Below, one piece after another: positions 1-11,900 of a stretch of 64,000 bases of DNA. The stretch is from positions 704,001-768,000 of the forward strand of contig CAWHHI010000020.1 in assembly GCA_963829055.1 (NCBI GenBank). Reading direction: 5' to 3'. This stretch comes from an uncultured Gemmatimonadaceae bacterium. GTDB taxonomy: Bacteria > Gemmatimonadota > Gemmatimonadetes > Gemmatimonadales > Gemmatimonadaceae. Below the pieces are notes generated by a model. That model saw only the letters and a program-made list of their open reading frames with translations. It did not search any database and had not been told where the DNA came from. The stretch's first letter is position 1; the number at the start of each line of letters is the position of its first letter. The position numbers and the translations under genes were made by a program.

Positions 1-3000
1 ATCGGCCTTCTGCATGTAGGGATCTTTCACGTTCGCCACGCCCACTGTCGCGCCGGTCTTCTCGCTGACATAGGGCCCGAGACGGCGCAGGCGTTCCTCG
101 GGCGAGTAGCCGCCCTTGTCGACCGGGTTCACGACCTCGAACGAGTTGAGCCGACTCCGGTCGCGGTTCTCCTGGTTCACGTTGTACGTGTAGTAGCCGG
201 TCTTCGCCTCGAGCAGACCGTAGACGCGGAAGTTCTTGAACAGCGTGAACGTGTTCGACAGGCTCGCCTGGAACGTCGGCAACTGGTTGCCGATGAATTC
301 GGCCGTGTCCGACACGACCGTCTTGCCGCCCGCGACGTCGACGCTGCGCACGCGGTTCGCCCAGAACGCGGCGACCTGCTGGCCTTCCGTGAACGCGCGG
401 AAGTTGTTGATGAACGTGCCGACCGTGCCGAGCTCGAGAATCTCGTTATGCAGCGTGCTGCCGTTGAGCGACGCGTCCCACGCGACCGTGTTTCCGCGGA
501 GTAGATTCGCGCGGACCAGGAACTCGAGGCCGGTGTTCTGCACCTCGCCGATGTTCGCGATGCTGCCGCCGAACCCCGACGACGGCGCCGTCGGAACGTT
601 CACGATGAGATCAGTGCTCAACTTGTTGAAGTACGTGAGCTCGAGTCCGAAGCGGTCGCCGAAGAAGCCGGCGTCGAAGCCCGCCTCGAACTCCTTGCCG
701 AGCTCCGGCTTGAGGTCCGCATTCCCCGGATCGCCGGGCGACACGCCGAGCTCCACCGCGCCGACTTCGTTCACGTACTTGTTAGGCACGTACGTCTGGT
801 TCGCACCCGAGGCCGGCGACCGGCCGGTCGTCCCGTACGCGGCGCGCAGACGCATCGTCGGTACGATCGACGACAGCCCCTTCCAGAACGACTCCTCGGA
901 GATGACGTACGAGGCGCCGAACTTCGGCAGGTAGAACGTACCGACGTCCGATCCGAACGCGGAGTTGCGATCGGCGCGCAGGCCGACCTGCAGGAAGAGG
1001 CGATCGTTGAAGCCGATCTGCTCCTGCGCGAACATGCCCATCGAGCGCGACTCGCCGTAGTTCTGGCCGACCGTGCTGACGGTCGCGTTCGTGACGAGCG
1101 AGGCCTCGTTCGAGATGAGCCCCTGCCCTGCTCCGCTCAGACGATCGTTCACGCGGACGATGTACTGGCTGCCGAACGACAGGTCTGACGAGATCTGTTT
1201 GTTCGCGCCAAACTCTGCGCGCATGTTGCCGAGGTAGTCGACGGTATAGAGGCGGTCGCTGTTGCGGATCGACGTGATCTGGTTGCCGTACGTGGGAATA
1301 GTCGGATACCAGCCGAAGCTGTTCTTCGGGAACAGCTCGAAGCCGTCCGTCTCCGTGAGGTCGGCGCCTAACGTGACGCGGTTCGTGAACCACGAGATCG
1401 GCGCGTAGCGTACCTGCACGGACGGCAGCGTTCGCAGCGCGTTGCGTGCGCGTGATGATCGACGACATGGATTCGAACGTCACGTTCCCGAGCAACGTTC
1501 CACCACCCAGCACTCCGCCAGCACCTTCGACGACCGTGCGTGGGCTGCCGAACGCGCTCTCGACGTAGTAGCCGTACGTATCCTGGTCGTTCCGCGGCAG
1601 GTCGTACGTGTTGCGCGTGAGCGCGAAGTTCAGATCGAACGTCAGCTTCGCGCTCGGCGTGAACGTGAAGCTCCCGCGCCCGGTGCGCTGCTTCATCGTG
1701 TTGTTGAGCGTCGAGCCCTGCTCGTTCGTGACGCCGGCTGACGCGAAGAAGCCGTAGTTGTCGCCGCCACCGCGCACGCTGTACTGGCCCGATCCCATCC
1801 ACCCGTTCCGGAACGCGTTCATCCGCTCGGCCGGATTGTCCGAGACGATGTCGTTCACCGCCTTGCCGCGGCACAGCGGGTTCGTGCTGGTCGGCAGAAT
1901 GAGCGCGGCGGTGCACGTCCCGTAGTTCGTCGGAACAGTGAAGTTCGGCGTGATCTGATCGTACTCGGCCGTGATGTCCTGGCTGAAGCTCCGGCTGCCG
2001 ACGCGGCCCTTCTTCGTGATGATCTGAATGACGCCTGCGGATGCATCGGCGCCGTAGAGCGTCGCCGCCGCCGGTCCCTTCACGATCTCGATGCTCTCGA
2101 TGTCGTTAGGGTTGATGTCGTTCAGTGTGCTCGGTGCCTGACCGCTCGTCGAGCTCCCCGATCCGCTGACGTTGAAGGGAGCGCGGAAGCCGCCGTCGAC
2201 ACGAACACCGTCGACGAACACGAGCGGCTGGTTCGACAGCGAGATGGATGCGGCGCCGCGGATGAGCACTCGTGTCGAGCTACCCGTCGTGCCAGAGCCG
2301 TCGGTTACCGAAACGCCCGGCACTCGCGCGCCGAGCAGCTGTGTCACGCTCGTGACCGGCGCCTCGCGCACGACTTCCGACGCGTCGATCGTCGCGACGA
2401 CGGCGGCCTGCGCGCGTCGCTCCTGGTTGCCGGCCGTTCCGGTGACGACGACCTGCTCGAGCGGAATCGCCTGCGAGGACAATGTGGCGTCGACCGTCAC
2501 GCGGCCCGGCGCGAGCGTGAAGCGGACGGTTGTCGGGCGGAAGCCAAGTCGGGTGACGCGAAGCGTGTCCGAACGGGCGACGAACCGATCGGGCGACACG
2601 AAGATGCGATAGACGCCGGCATCGTTCGTCGTCGCGGAGAGGCGGAGACTCGGGATCGACACGATGGCGGCGCCGATGGGCGTGCCGGCATCACTCGTGA
2701 CCCTGCCGGTCACGGTCGCGGAATCGGCGACTGCCGGCAGCGTCGCCGGCATGACGATGCCCAGTGCGCCGGATGTCTCGGGCGGGGGCAACGGAGTGTC
2801 GGCCGCGGCGGGCGTCGCGTCGGCGTCGCGCGGCGTGGGCACGACGATCACCTGTCCGTCGGTCTCACGGAACGTGAACGGGACGGCGGCGAGGAGCTGC
2901 TGCAGCGCCTGCCCGATGGTGGCATCGTCGCACGTGCACCGAAGCGACCGCTCGTTGGGCAGCAGGCTCGGACTGTAGGCGAGTGGGACGCCGGAGCGTC

Positions 3001-3226
3001 GCTCCAATTCGCCGAGCGCGTCGGCGAGCGAGACGTCGCTGACGCGAAGTCTGGCGGGCCGGTCGAGGAGTGCCGCGGTTGTGGCACGCGTGCCGGCGAC
3101 TGGAATGGTCTGGGCGGTGGCAGACCCGCCGGTGATCGGCGTGAGCAGCCCACCGGCCGCGACGGCGAGCGCCAGCAGCGGCGCGCGTCGTACGGGTCGT
3201 GGGCCGATGAACGGTGTCGTGCTCAT
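1..3226 (-). CDS. SusC/RagA-like TonB-dependent receptor with N-terminal STN and carboxypeptidase-regulatory-like domains (3' end outside window; frameshift near 1440)
   Basis: ORF from MSTTPFIG: signal peptide, STN-like LDRPARLRVSDVSLADAL, VVVTGT, plug motif LNDINPNDIESIEIVKGPAAATLYGADASAGVIQIITKKG; barrel continues in another frame (GNADLKPELGKEFEAGFD). Confidence 0.9.
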
Positions 3227-3315
3227 GGCAGGCTCCTCGAGGGATCTCCGGTCACGCGGACCGCCTAACGTGTCTCGGCGGCATCGCACCGAACGCGGGG
3301 AACGGACGGCTCGTC

Positions 3316-3353
3316 CATATGTACGTACAAACGATGGGACATATGTACGGACA
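3316..3353. promoter_or_regulatory. Tandem operator-like boxes CATATGTACGTACA / CATATGTACGGACA upstream of the SusC-like gene (candidate GntR sites)
   Basis: Two near-identical AT-rich boxes 24 bp apart with palindromic core TGTACGTACA; TTGACC on the minus strand at 3365-3370; GntR gene adjacent. Confidence 0.6.
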
Positions 3354-3392
3354 TGTCAGCGGGGGGTCAAGACTCGGCCTGCCGGCCGAACG

Positions 3393-3580
3393 AGGCCTGA
3401 GGAAGGAGGCCACAGGAAGGACGGAGGTAAGAGCGGTGTCATCCCGAGCGGCAGCGAGGGACCTCCGGTGATGTTCCCGTAGCCGGCCGGGCCACGAGTA
3501 ATTCACGGAAGATCCCTCGCTGCGCTCGGGACGACACCGCCCTCCGCCGTCCGCCCTCCGAAGGCCTCCTTCCTCAGGTC
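3393..3580. repeat. REP/MITE-like palindromic element, type 1, with GGCCTGAGGAAGGAGGCC outer arms
   Basis: GTCATCCCGAGCG...CGCTCGGGACGAC core flanked by inverted GGCCTGAGGAAGGAGGCC / GGCCTCCTTCCTCAGGTC. Confidence 0.8.
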
Positions 3581-4369
3581 TTACGTACGTACCAAACTGG
3601 TGACGTACGTGAACCGATCCCCGGGATGGATCGCGTTCGAGAGCTCGATCAGCCGGCCCTGACGGTCGTAGTAGCGGCGAATCGCGCGGAGAGCCGGGCC
3701 GCCGTCGAGCGCGCGCAGGAGTTTCGCCTGGCGCTTGCCGAGTCGAACCGCCTGGATGCTCTGCTCGATGCGCGCGATGCGGATGCCGTACACCCGCTCC
3801 AGCATCGCCGAGATCGGGCCCGTGAGCGCCTCGAGGTTCTTCTCGAGATCCGGCAGGCGCATGTCGAGATACGCCGTCGTCATGCACACCGGGCGCGCAT
3901 CACCGGGCGCCACGCGCAGGCTGTTCACGCGCAGCCACCGCGCACCTTCACGACACTCCAGCAACTCCGCCAGCGCCGAATCGGCGACGACCGGCTTCGT
4001 CTCGAGGATCGAGAGCCGCGTCTCCTCCGCGTACTGCAGCAGATCGCCGATGGAGTTCGTCGGCTGGAGATAGCTCGCCTTCGGCGTGCGCGCGACGACC
4101 TCGGTGCCGATACGGCGGCGGCGGGAGATGAGCCCCGCGTCGCGCAGCTGGCGAAGCGCCTCACGCACCGTGTGCCGGCTGATCGCGTACTGGTCGCACA
4201 GCTCCATCTCGGTGGGGAGGTACCCGCCCACCGGATACTTGCCGGACCCGATGCGCTTCGTCAGGTCGTCGGCGACCTGCTGGTAGCGCGGAGCGTTCGT
4301 CGTACGTGCCGGGCGTCGCGTCGCGGCGTCCTTGTCGTTATTGCCGCTCTTCCCATTTCTAGACGGCAT
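3581..4369 (-). CDS. GntR family transcriptional regulator (HutC/UTRA type)
   Basis: RYQQVADDL...LPTEMELCDQYAISRHTVREAL wHTH plus UTRA-like C-terminus. Confidence 0.9.
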   Translation of the reverse strand: MPSRNGKSGNNDKDAATRRPARTTNAPRYQQVADDLTKRIGSGKYPVGGYLPTEMELCDQYAISRHTVREALRQLRDAGLISRRRRIGTEVVARTPKASYLQPTNSIGDLLQYAEETRLSILETKPVVADSALAELLECREGARWLRVNSLRVAPGDARPVCMTTAYLDMRLPDLEKNLEALTGPISAMLERVYGIRIARIEQSIQAVRLGKRQAKLLRALDGGPALRAIRRYYDRQGRLIELSNAIHPGDRFTYVTSLVRT

Positions 4370-5103
4370 GACCGACGTGGTGCAGGATCTTGGAGAGAAA
4401 TTCCCGCGCGCGCGCCGTATGCGGTTCAGTGAAGAACGCGTCGGTTTCGCGATCCTCGACGATCCGCCCCCCGTCCATGAAAAGGATCCGATCCGCCACT
4501 CGGCGAGCGAAGGCCATTCTCGTGCGTCACCACCATCATCGTCATCCCCTCGTCGGCGAGACCGACCATCACGTCGAGCACTTCGTTGATCATCTCCGGG
4601 TCGAGGGCCGACGTCGGCTCATCGAACAACATCGCGACCGGGTCCATCGCCAGCGCGCGCGCGATCGCGACACGCTGCTGCTGCCCGCCTGACAACGCCG
4701 ACGGATACTTTGCCGCCTGATCCGCGAGCCCAACGCGTTCCAGCAGACGCATTGATCGTTCGGTGGCCGCGTCGCGCGGGCGGCGCAGCACTTCAACCTG
4801 CGCCAGATCGAGATTCTCGATCACGGTGCGATGCGGAAAAAGCTCGAAGCTCTGAAACACCATGCCGATGCGCGCGCGCAGCTTGGCGAGATTCGTGTTA
4901 GGCGCGGTGACGACGATGCCATCGACCGTGATCGTGCCACTATCCACCCGCTCGAGCCCGTTCACACATCGGATCAACGTACTCTTGCCCGATCCCGACG
5001 GCCCACACACGACGACGACCGACCCCTTCGTCACGGATGTCGTGCATCCGTCGAGGGCGCGGAAGTGGCCGTACGACTTCGAGACATCACTAATCTCGAT
5101 CAT
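4359..5103 (-). CDS. Polar amino-acid ABC transporter ATP-binding protein (GltL/GlnQ-like; frameshift near 4515)
   Basis: GPSGSGKST Walker [30 protein letters not shown]-terminus EFLSKILHH in shifted frame, stop at 4359. Confidence 0.9.
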
Positions 5104-5277
5104 GGACCGGACGTGTGTGCCAGGGCGTGATGAACAGGCGACGAAACGGCGTGGCGAATCCGCCAGCCGAGCGCGCACCAGCATCGGGCGCACCGCATGG
5201 CGTGTCAAGACGACGCGCCAGGTGACTTCGCGAATGGTACATTGGCGCGGCCCCGTTCGTGTGCATTGGATTCAAAG

Positions 5278-5492
5278 AGGCCATAGGAAGGAGGCCTGAG
5301 GAAGGAGGCCTTCGGAGGGCGGACGGCGGAGAAAAGCGTGTCATCCCGAGCGGCAGCGATTGTCATCCCGAGCGCCAGCGATTGTCATCCCGAGCGATAG
5401 CGAGGGATCTCCTCGAACGTCATCGTAGCCAGTCCGGCCACGATGCCATCACACAAGGTCCCTCGTCGCTGCCGCTCCTCGGGATGACCACG
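5278..5492. repeat. REP/MITE-like element type 1 with triplicated 22-bp left arm
   Basis: Three tandem TGTCATCCCGAGCGNNAGCGA units, internal GTAGCCAGTCCGGCCACG, right arm CTCGGGATGAC; GGAAGGAGGCC units to the left. Confidence 0.8.
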
Positions 5493-5636
5493 GAATCAAT
5501 CCGCCGGATCAGACGAATCCGTTCCCTTCGTCTGAGATGCTGTGTTGAAGCAGTCCTCTGCGTCCTCCGCGGTGAATTGTCGTTGGTGTTATCGTCGTCG
5601 CAATCCGCACGAGTATCCAGGAACCGTCGAAATCGC

Positions 5637-6929
5637 ATGACACTCCTCCGCCGAAACACCACCGCGTCGATCATCATCGCACTGGCGATCGCGACGCCAC
5701 TCGTCGCCCAGTCGCCGCAACCGGCGGAGCGCCGTATTCTCGTCCGCGCGGGGCGACTCATCGATGCCGCAAGCGACGGTGCGAAGACCGATCAGGGCAT
5801 CCTCATCACGGGTGACCGCATAACGCGAGTCGGCCCGTACGCCGATGTCTCGACCGCCGCGGGCAACGCCGAACGAGTCGATCTCTCACGCTTTACCGTG
5901 CTGCCCGGATTCATCGACGCGCACACGCACGTCTTCCTCGACGGCGGCGAGTACGCGACGCAGTTGCTCAAGCAATCCATCCCGTTTCGCACCATCGAAG
6001 CGGTAACGGCCGCCCGCGCGGCGCTCGGCTACGGATTCACGACCATCCGTGACCTCGAGACCGAAGGTGCCATGTACGCCGATGTCGACGTGAAGACGGC
6101 GATCGAGCGCGGAATCATTCCGGGCCCGCGGATGCTCGTCGCCACGAGAGCGCTCGCGCCTACCGGCATGTACCCGCTCAGCGGCTATTCGTGGGAGCTC
6201 GACGTCCCGGCCGGCGCCCAGCTCGTGGACGGCGCGGATAACCTGCGCCGCGCGGTGCGCGAGCAGGTGAAGTTCGGTGCCGACTGGATCAAGGTGTACG
6301 CGGATCGCGATTCGTACGTCGGCGACGACGGCCGGCTGCACAGTTGGGCCAACTGGACGGATGACGAGTTCAAGGCGATCGTGGACGAAGCGCGTCGCCT
6401 CGGTCGCTCGGTCGCGGCGCACGCCACAGGCGTCGAAGGCATTGACGCCGCATTGCGCGCTGGGGTGCAGTCCATCGAACACGGTGACGGCCTAACGCCG
6501 GAGCTGATCGACCGGATGATGCGCCAGCGCGTCTACTGGTGTCCCACGATCTACGTCGGCGCTCGGCCTCAGACGGGTCGCCCACCACTGCGGGCGACGA
6601 TGGCGGAGTTCAAGCGAAAGGCGTTCGGCGAAGCGGTGCGACGCGGGATGGGAGAGCTCATCGCGTTCGGCACGGACGCTGGCGGGTTCGCGTGGTCGGA
6701 GAACCCGGCGCAGGAATTCGCGTACTACGCGCGCTACGGCATGACGCCGATGCAGGCAATCCGGACGGCGACGACGAACGCCGCACGCCTCATCGGTCGC
6801 GACAAGGACGTCGGGACGGTCGCGGCTGGAAAGCTCGCGGATCTCGTGGCCGTAGAAGGGGACCCACTCACCGATCCAGCCGTTCTGACGAAAGTGAAAT
6901 GGGTCATGAAAGGCGGCGTCAAACAGTAA
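5637..6929 (+). CDS. Secreted metal-dependent amidohydrolase (Xaa-Pro dipeptidase-like)
   Basis: Signal peptide; PGFIDAHTH, IKVY, AAHA, SIEHG, FGTD, GKLADLV motifs. Confidence 0.9.
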   Translation: MTLLRRNTTASIIIALAIATPLVAQSPQPAERRILVRAGRLIDAASDGAKTDQGILITGDRITRVGPYADVSTAAGNAERVDLSRFTVLPGFIDAHTHVFLDGGEYATQLLKQSIPFRTIEAVTAARAALGYGFTTIRDLETEGAMYADVDVKTAIERGIIPGPRMLVATRALAPTGMYPLSGYSWELDVPAGAQLVDGADNLRRAVREQVKFGADWIKVYADRDSYVGDDGRLHSWANWTDDEFKAIVDEARRLGRSVAAHATGVEGIDAALRAGVQSIEHGDGLTPELIDRMMRQRVYWCPTIYVGARPQTGRPPLRATMAEFKRKAFGEAVRRGMGELIAFGTDAGGFAWSENPAQEFAYYARYGMTPMQAIRTATTNAARLIGRDKDVGTVAAGKLADLVAVEGDPLTDPAVLTKVKWVMKGGVKQ

Positions 6930-6966
6930 CGCTTGTAGCGGGTCGCTCGTGCTGGTCGCTGGTCGC

Positions 6967-7518
6967 TCAGCTCATCGCCGACAGCTTCTTCCGCAGTTCA
7001 CCGAGCGCGTGACTCAACTGATTCGCGACGGTCTGCGGCGACGTGCCCATCACCGCGGCGATCTCCTTGTACGACAGCTCGTGCACCACGCGTAGCAGGA
7101 AGACCTCGCGACGCCGCGGCGGGAGTGTCGCGATCGCATCTTCCAGCACCGCGCGCAGCTCCGCGTCAGGCAGCTCCGGCGCGTCATGATGAGTCGGCAG
7201 CGCTTCGCCGGCGATGGATGCCGCGCGCTCCTCCGCCTGGAGATGCCGATGCTCCGAGATCGCGATGTTCCTCGCGAGGCGGAACAGCAAGCCGCCGACT
7301 GATCCTTCGACGCGCCACGTCCGTCTACGCTCCCACAAACGACAGAACGTTTCCTGCACCGCGTCTTCGGCTGCCTCCGGCGATCCCGTCATACGCGCGA
7401 TGAACATCGTGAGCGGCGACCAGTATTTCGCCAGCAGCGCGTCGAGCGCAGACGAATCGTCGGCAGCGAGACGAGCGAGCAGAACTGCGTCGGTCGGCGG
7501 ATCGTGCTCGGAGGGCAA
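6967..7518 (-). CDS. ECF RNA polymerase sigma-70 factor (no adjacent anti-sigma)
   Basis: AEDAVQETFCRLW region 2; LPPRRREVFLL...LSYKEIAAVMGTSPQTV region 4. Confidence 0.9.
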   Translation of the reverse strand: MPSEHDPPTDAVLLARLAADDSSALDALLAKYWSPLTMFIARMTGSPEAAEDAVQETFCRLWERRRTWRVEGSVGGLLFRLARNIAISEHRHLQAEERAASIAGEALPTHHDAPELPDAELRAVLEDAIATLPPRRREVFLLRVVHELSYKEIAAVMGTSPQTVANQLSHALGELRKKLSAMS

Positions 7519-7616
7519 GGCGCGGGAGAGGCGTCGCTACGGTCGGCGCAACAGCGTGCAGCGAAGAAGCGCAGGGCGAGTAACATGCACGGCTCGCCCT
7601 GCCGCGTGCAACGCAT

Positions 7617-7730
7617 TGTCATCCGAGCGTCAGCGGGATCTCCGAGTCTTGGCAAGACTGGCCACGAGACGTCGGAGATCCTCGCTTCCTGGGATGCAGC
7701 CTCCTCCCTCAGGCCTCCTTCCTATGGCCT
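7617..7730. repeat. Degenerate type 1 REP/MITE-like element
   Basis: TGTCATCCGAGCG...GGGATCTCC...GGAGATCCTCG...GGGATG followed by CTCAGGCCTCCTTCCTATGGCC. Confidence 0.65.
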
Positions 7731-7732
7731 AC

Positions 7733-8767
7733 TCACCGCCGACTCTGCGTCCGCTTGAGCCACTCGCGCCACGCCGTGTCGAGCCCCGCAACGTCATGCG
7801 GCAACGTCTTGCTCGACGCGAGCACGTCCGGGATCGATACGCCACGCGACAGCTCATCGGCGAGGCGCCCGACGAGCACCGGGTCTCGCTCATGGATGAA
7901 CGTCAGCACCGATACCGACTGCGCGATGAACAGCGGTGAGACGCCGGCCCCACCGTCGCGACGATTCCGCGCGCGCGTGGCCTCCGCCTGACGGAGATCC
8001 ACGTCGTCGAGATCGTACCGGTTGGCGCCAGCCCGCACGATCTCCACCGCGTTAGGCCGACTGGGCCATCCAACCGCGAACAGCGATGCGAGCGGCATGA
8101 TGTTCCTGGAGTCCGCCTTGAGCTCCGCTATCGAGTGGTCGACCGCGCCGGTATTGCCGAGAATGCGGAGCGCGCCAGCTTCGATCCACGCCGGCATCGC
8201 GGGACGACTCACGGTCGCGCGCGAAGGTCCGCCCGGCTGGCTGTCCGGCCCTCGCGCCGCGTCCACCGCTCGGGCACGCAGCCACGTCTCGGCCGCCGTC
8301 GCCGAGAGCATCGGGCCAGCGAACAGGCGAATGCGGGCCGAGTCCTCCGCCGCCGACCGCTCCTTCTCGGGCTGCTTGCTCTTGCCGGGAGCCTCGGCGC
8401 CTCGGCGGCGCAGCACCACTGTCGCCAGCGGAACGCCACGGAAGGTCGTGGCAGTGTCGTTCGCCGTCGCGACGGAATCGAGTCGCACGGCGATCACGGG
8501 AGGTGCCTCACCGAACAGCGTGTTGTACCGCCAGGCGACGTCGTCCATCACCTCGCGATTCCACAGCGCCGCGCGCTGAGAGGCAAGCAGATAGTACGCG
8601 GCGCCGCGCAGCACGTACGTCGTGTCACTGCCGGTAACGAGCGTTTCGTTCGCAGGCGCAGGGTCGGGCGTGAACGGTTCCTCGTGCCACACGAAGCGCG
8701 AGCAGCTGACCACCCCTTGCGTCGCTGTCACGAGCGCCGCGATGCGGATCAAGTGTGTGATATTCAT
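7733..8767 (-). CDS. Hypothetical lipoprotein with a peptidase-MA-like C-terminal half lacking HExxH
   Basis: Lipobox-like VVSC after hydrophobic stretch; MPAWIEAGA and FIAQSVSVLTFI resemble gluzincin C-terminal helices. Confidence 0.55.
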   Translation of the reverse strand: MNITHLIRIAALVTATQGVVSCSRFVWHEEPFTPDPAPANETLVTGSDTTYVLRGAAYYLLASQRAALWNREVMDDVAWRYNTLFGEAPPVIAVRLDSVATANDTATTFRGVPLATVVLRRRGAEAPGKSKQPEKERSAAEDSARIRLFAGPMLSATAAETWLRARAVDAARGPDSQPGGPSRATVSRPAMPAWIEAGALRILGNTGAVDHSIAELKADSRNIMPLASLFAVGWPSRPNAVEIVRAGANRYDLDDVDLRQAEATRARNRRDGGAGVSPLFIAQSVSVLTFIHERDPVLVGRLADELSRGVSIPDVLASSKTLPHDVAGLDTAWREWLKRTQSRR

Positions 8768-8781
8768 AATCGTTAGGCGGC

Positions 8782-8940
8782 TGTCATTCCGAGCGGAGCT
8801 TGTCATTCCGAGCGGAGCCGCGAAGCGGCGAAGTCGAGGAATCCTTGGCGTCCCGGTAGAGGGAGCCCTCTACCCTGCAAGCCAAGGATTCCTCGACTCG
8901 CTGTCGCCTCGCTCGGAATGACACTCCGCTCGGAATGACA
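8782..8940. repeat. REP/MITE-like palindromic element, type 2
   Basis: Duplicated TGTCATTCCGAGCG left arm, GTCGAGGAATC/GATTCCTCGAC inner arms, GTAGAGGG-CCCTCTAC central hairpin, duplicated CGCTCGGAATGACA right arm. Confidence 0.85.
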
Positions 8941-8941
8941 T

Positions 8942-11900
8942 CTACCATCCCGGTTGTAGGAGGAATCCCCAGACGCCACTGCGTCCGGGACGTTGGAACG
9001 GGTGCGCGTAGTACACCTGGAACACCGCGAAGCCGAACAGATTGATGCGCGACGCGATGCCGGTGCTCACCACGGGCGTGCGATCGCCTGACGTGGACGA
9101 CAGGTCCCACACCGGTCCGCTCGCGTTCGTCCAGGCCACTCCGGCATCGACGAACGGCGCGATCTCGATCGGAGGCAACGGACTCGAGATCAGACCGAAG
9201 CCACTCGTGCCGAAGAGCGGAATGCGCAACTCCGCATTCGCCAACGCGAGCCTGCTCCCGACGAGGCGATCGAACTGCGCACACGAGCTGCCCGCCAACC
9301 CGCCCGTTCCATTCGTACAGTCGCTGTTGTTGTACGAGTCGTACGAGTACCCGCGAACGAGCGAGCCGTCGCCGACGTACAACGCCCCTATGCGGTCGGC
9401 CTCCGCGTCCCTGCCGTAGAGCCCGTAGTGCATGCCGCGCATGGCGAGCGTGAACGGCTTCATGAAGATGTATTTCCGGAAGTCGGCCAGCACGCTGGTG
9501 TAGTCCAGCGTCCCGACGGTCGGCGACACCTCCAGCCGATACCGCGATCCCGAGATCGGCGACGTGAACCCGAACGACGATGCGTCGCCGACGAGCGCGA
9601 CCGACGCCGACGTTAGGCCCAGCCCGGTAGGAGCCGGCAGATCATTCAGGCCACTCGTGCGGCCGTTGAATCCCTGCGTCGCGGACTGGATGCTGTAGCC
9701 GTAGTGCGTGTAGCCTGTGGAGAACTCGATCCGACGCGTCTGCGACAGCGGGTACTGCGCGAGGACAGAGAGATTGTCGATCGCGACGTGCTCGAACACG
9801 TACTGCGCCCCGCTGTTCGTCAGGGCGCCGTAGCTGTAGACGTACGGCGTGCGCGATACATTCACTCCCCAATTCCAGCGACTCGCCGTGTTGAGGTACA
9901 TCAACTGCCCACCGATGTCGCGCAATTGGCCGGACGCCTGAACGGCGACACCAATGCTCTGATTGCCGAGCATGTCGCTGAAGTACGCCGACGCGCCGCC
10001 AGAGAACTGCGTGCCGAGCACGCTGTTCGATCCCACACCTAACGACGGCTGGCCGATGGCGGCAAGCCGGAACGCCGTACGGTACGGCCGCTGCGCGATC
10101 GCCGAGTCGGACGGCAAACCACGGTCGCTATCCTGCAGGTACGCGCTCACCGTGCTCGGCGCGCCCGTCCGATCGGCCGGCAATATCGCCGCGGACGTCG
10201 GCGGACGTATCGGCCTTGGTGCTATCGCGCGAAGGGACGATCGTGTCCGCCGCGCTCCCATCCATCTCCGTCCGCGATCGGACGCTTCGTGTCCTTCGTC
10301 ATCGGCTCGCCCTGAGCGCGCTCTGCCGGCAATGCCGAAATGTGGAAGCCGGCCTTGTCGAACACGGAGAACAGGAGGCGGCCATTCTCTCGGGCGACCG
10401 CAATCGCCGGCGACGTCGCCGTCACGCCGCTCACACCGGTCGCTGCGTGCGTGACACGGAACGTGGCGCCGGTTTCGATGACCTCGCGATAAATGTCGGT
10501 GAAGCCACCGAGGTCGGAGACGAAGTACAGCGACTTCCCGTCCGCCGAGTACTGTGGATTGATGTGCTTCGCGCCTGGCGTGCCTGGCAGCACGCGCACG
10601 TGCCCGCTCGCGACGTCGATGAGCGCGAGCTTGAGGCGCGAGTACCGCAGCCGCTGGAAATCACTGCCCGCGTTGGCGGAGTCCGATCCCTCTGCACCAC
10701 GGTCGGTCACGAACGCGATGGTGCGTCCGTCCGGCGACCATGCAGGCTGCATGTCCGCGAATCGGTCGTTCGTGAGCTGGCGGATCGCGCCGGTCGCGAT
10801 GTCGTACAGATAGAGATCGCTCAGCCCGCCCTTCATTCCCGAGAACGCGAGCCGACGTCCGTCGGGCGACCAGGCGACGGTCGACACGGCGCCGATGTCA
10901 CGCGGCTTGAAGTGCTTCGTGATCCTGTGCGACTTGACGTCGACGATGTTGATCTCGTTGTCGCCGTCCGCGTACGTGATGAACGCGAGCTGCTTCGCGT
11001 CAGGCGACCAGCTCCCCGCCGAGTAGAGGAAGCTCAACGCGTCGAAGTGCGACATGACGCCCGGCGCCGCCAACTTCCCCCGCACCTTCCCCGTCACGGC
11101 GTCGGCGAGGTAGAGATCGATCCCGGTGAGACCGCGCGACGAGTAGTACGCGACGAGCCTCCCGTCGGGACTCACCGCTGGCGAGATGTTGTAGTCACCG
11201 TACTCACCAGAACCGACGATCACGCGATCGCCAGTCTCCATGGGCCGCGTACGCCCCTCCACGAACGGTGTGTACTGGGCGCGGATCGCTGAGCGCCACC
11301 GCGTCGACAGCGAATCGGACGACATGCCGAGCACGCTGCTGATGGCCTCATCGAAACCCACGGACAGCGACGCGCGGTACAAGCGCGGCACTGTCTCGTC
11401 GCCCCACGTACCACCGATGTACGCCCACAGCGCTTCGCCGTAGCGGTACGGGAAGTACTTGTTGCCGTTCGTCAGCTGCTTGATCGTCGGGAGGTCGTTG
11501 CGCAGCACGGCGTCACGCAACCACATGGCCGTGTGCGCATCCTCGCCACCTAACGAGAGATACTCGGCCATGCCTTCCACGAGCCAGAGCGGAAGGCGAT
11601 CGAGCGACGCGCCGTTCGACTTCGACTCCACGATGTCGTACTGGAATACGTGCACCATCTCGTGACCGAGGACGTGGTCGCTCTCGGCATACGAGCCGGT
11701 AAGCGGCAGAACCATGCGGTCGAGCATGGACTCCGTGACGCCGCCGGTCCCCTCATCGAGCTGCTCCGAGATGACGTTCGTCTGCTGGAAATCGGGCTGA
11801 TCGGCGTAGAGAACGATCGGCTTTCGCGCGCTCAGCGGGTGATTGAAGAGCGCGGACAGCCGCGTGTTCCACCGCTCGAGCATGCGAGCCGCATCCTCGG

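Noticed and set aside
3581..3612. TACGTACGTAC repeats at the end of gntR resembling the operator boxes
   Set aside because: They lie in coding sequence (TYVTSLVRT*) and lack the flanking TGT/ACA symmetry; probably coincidental.
5338..5405. Tandem 22-bp repeats resembling a mini CRISPR array
   Set aside because: There are no unique spacers and no cas genes; these are duplicated arms of the palindromic element.
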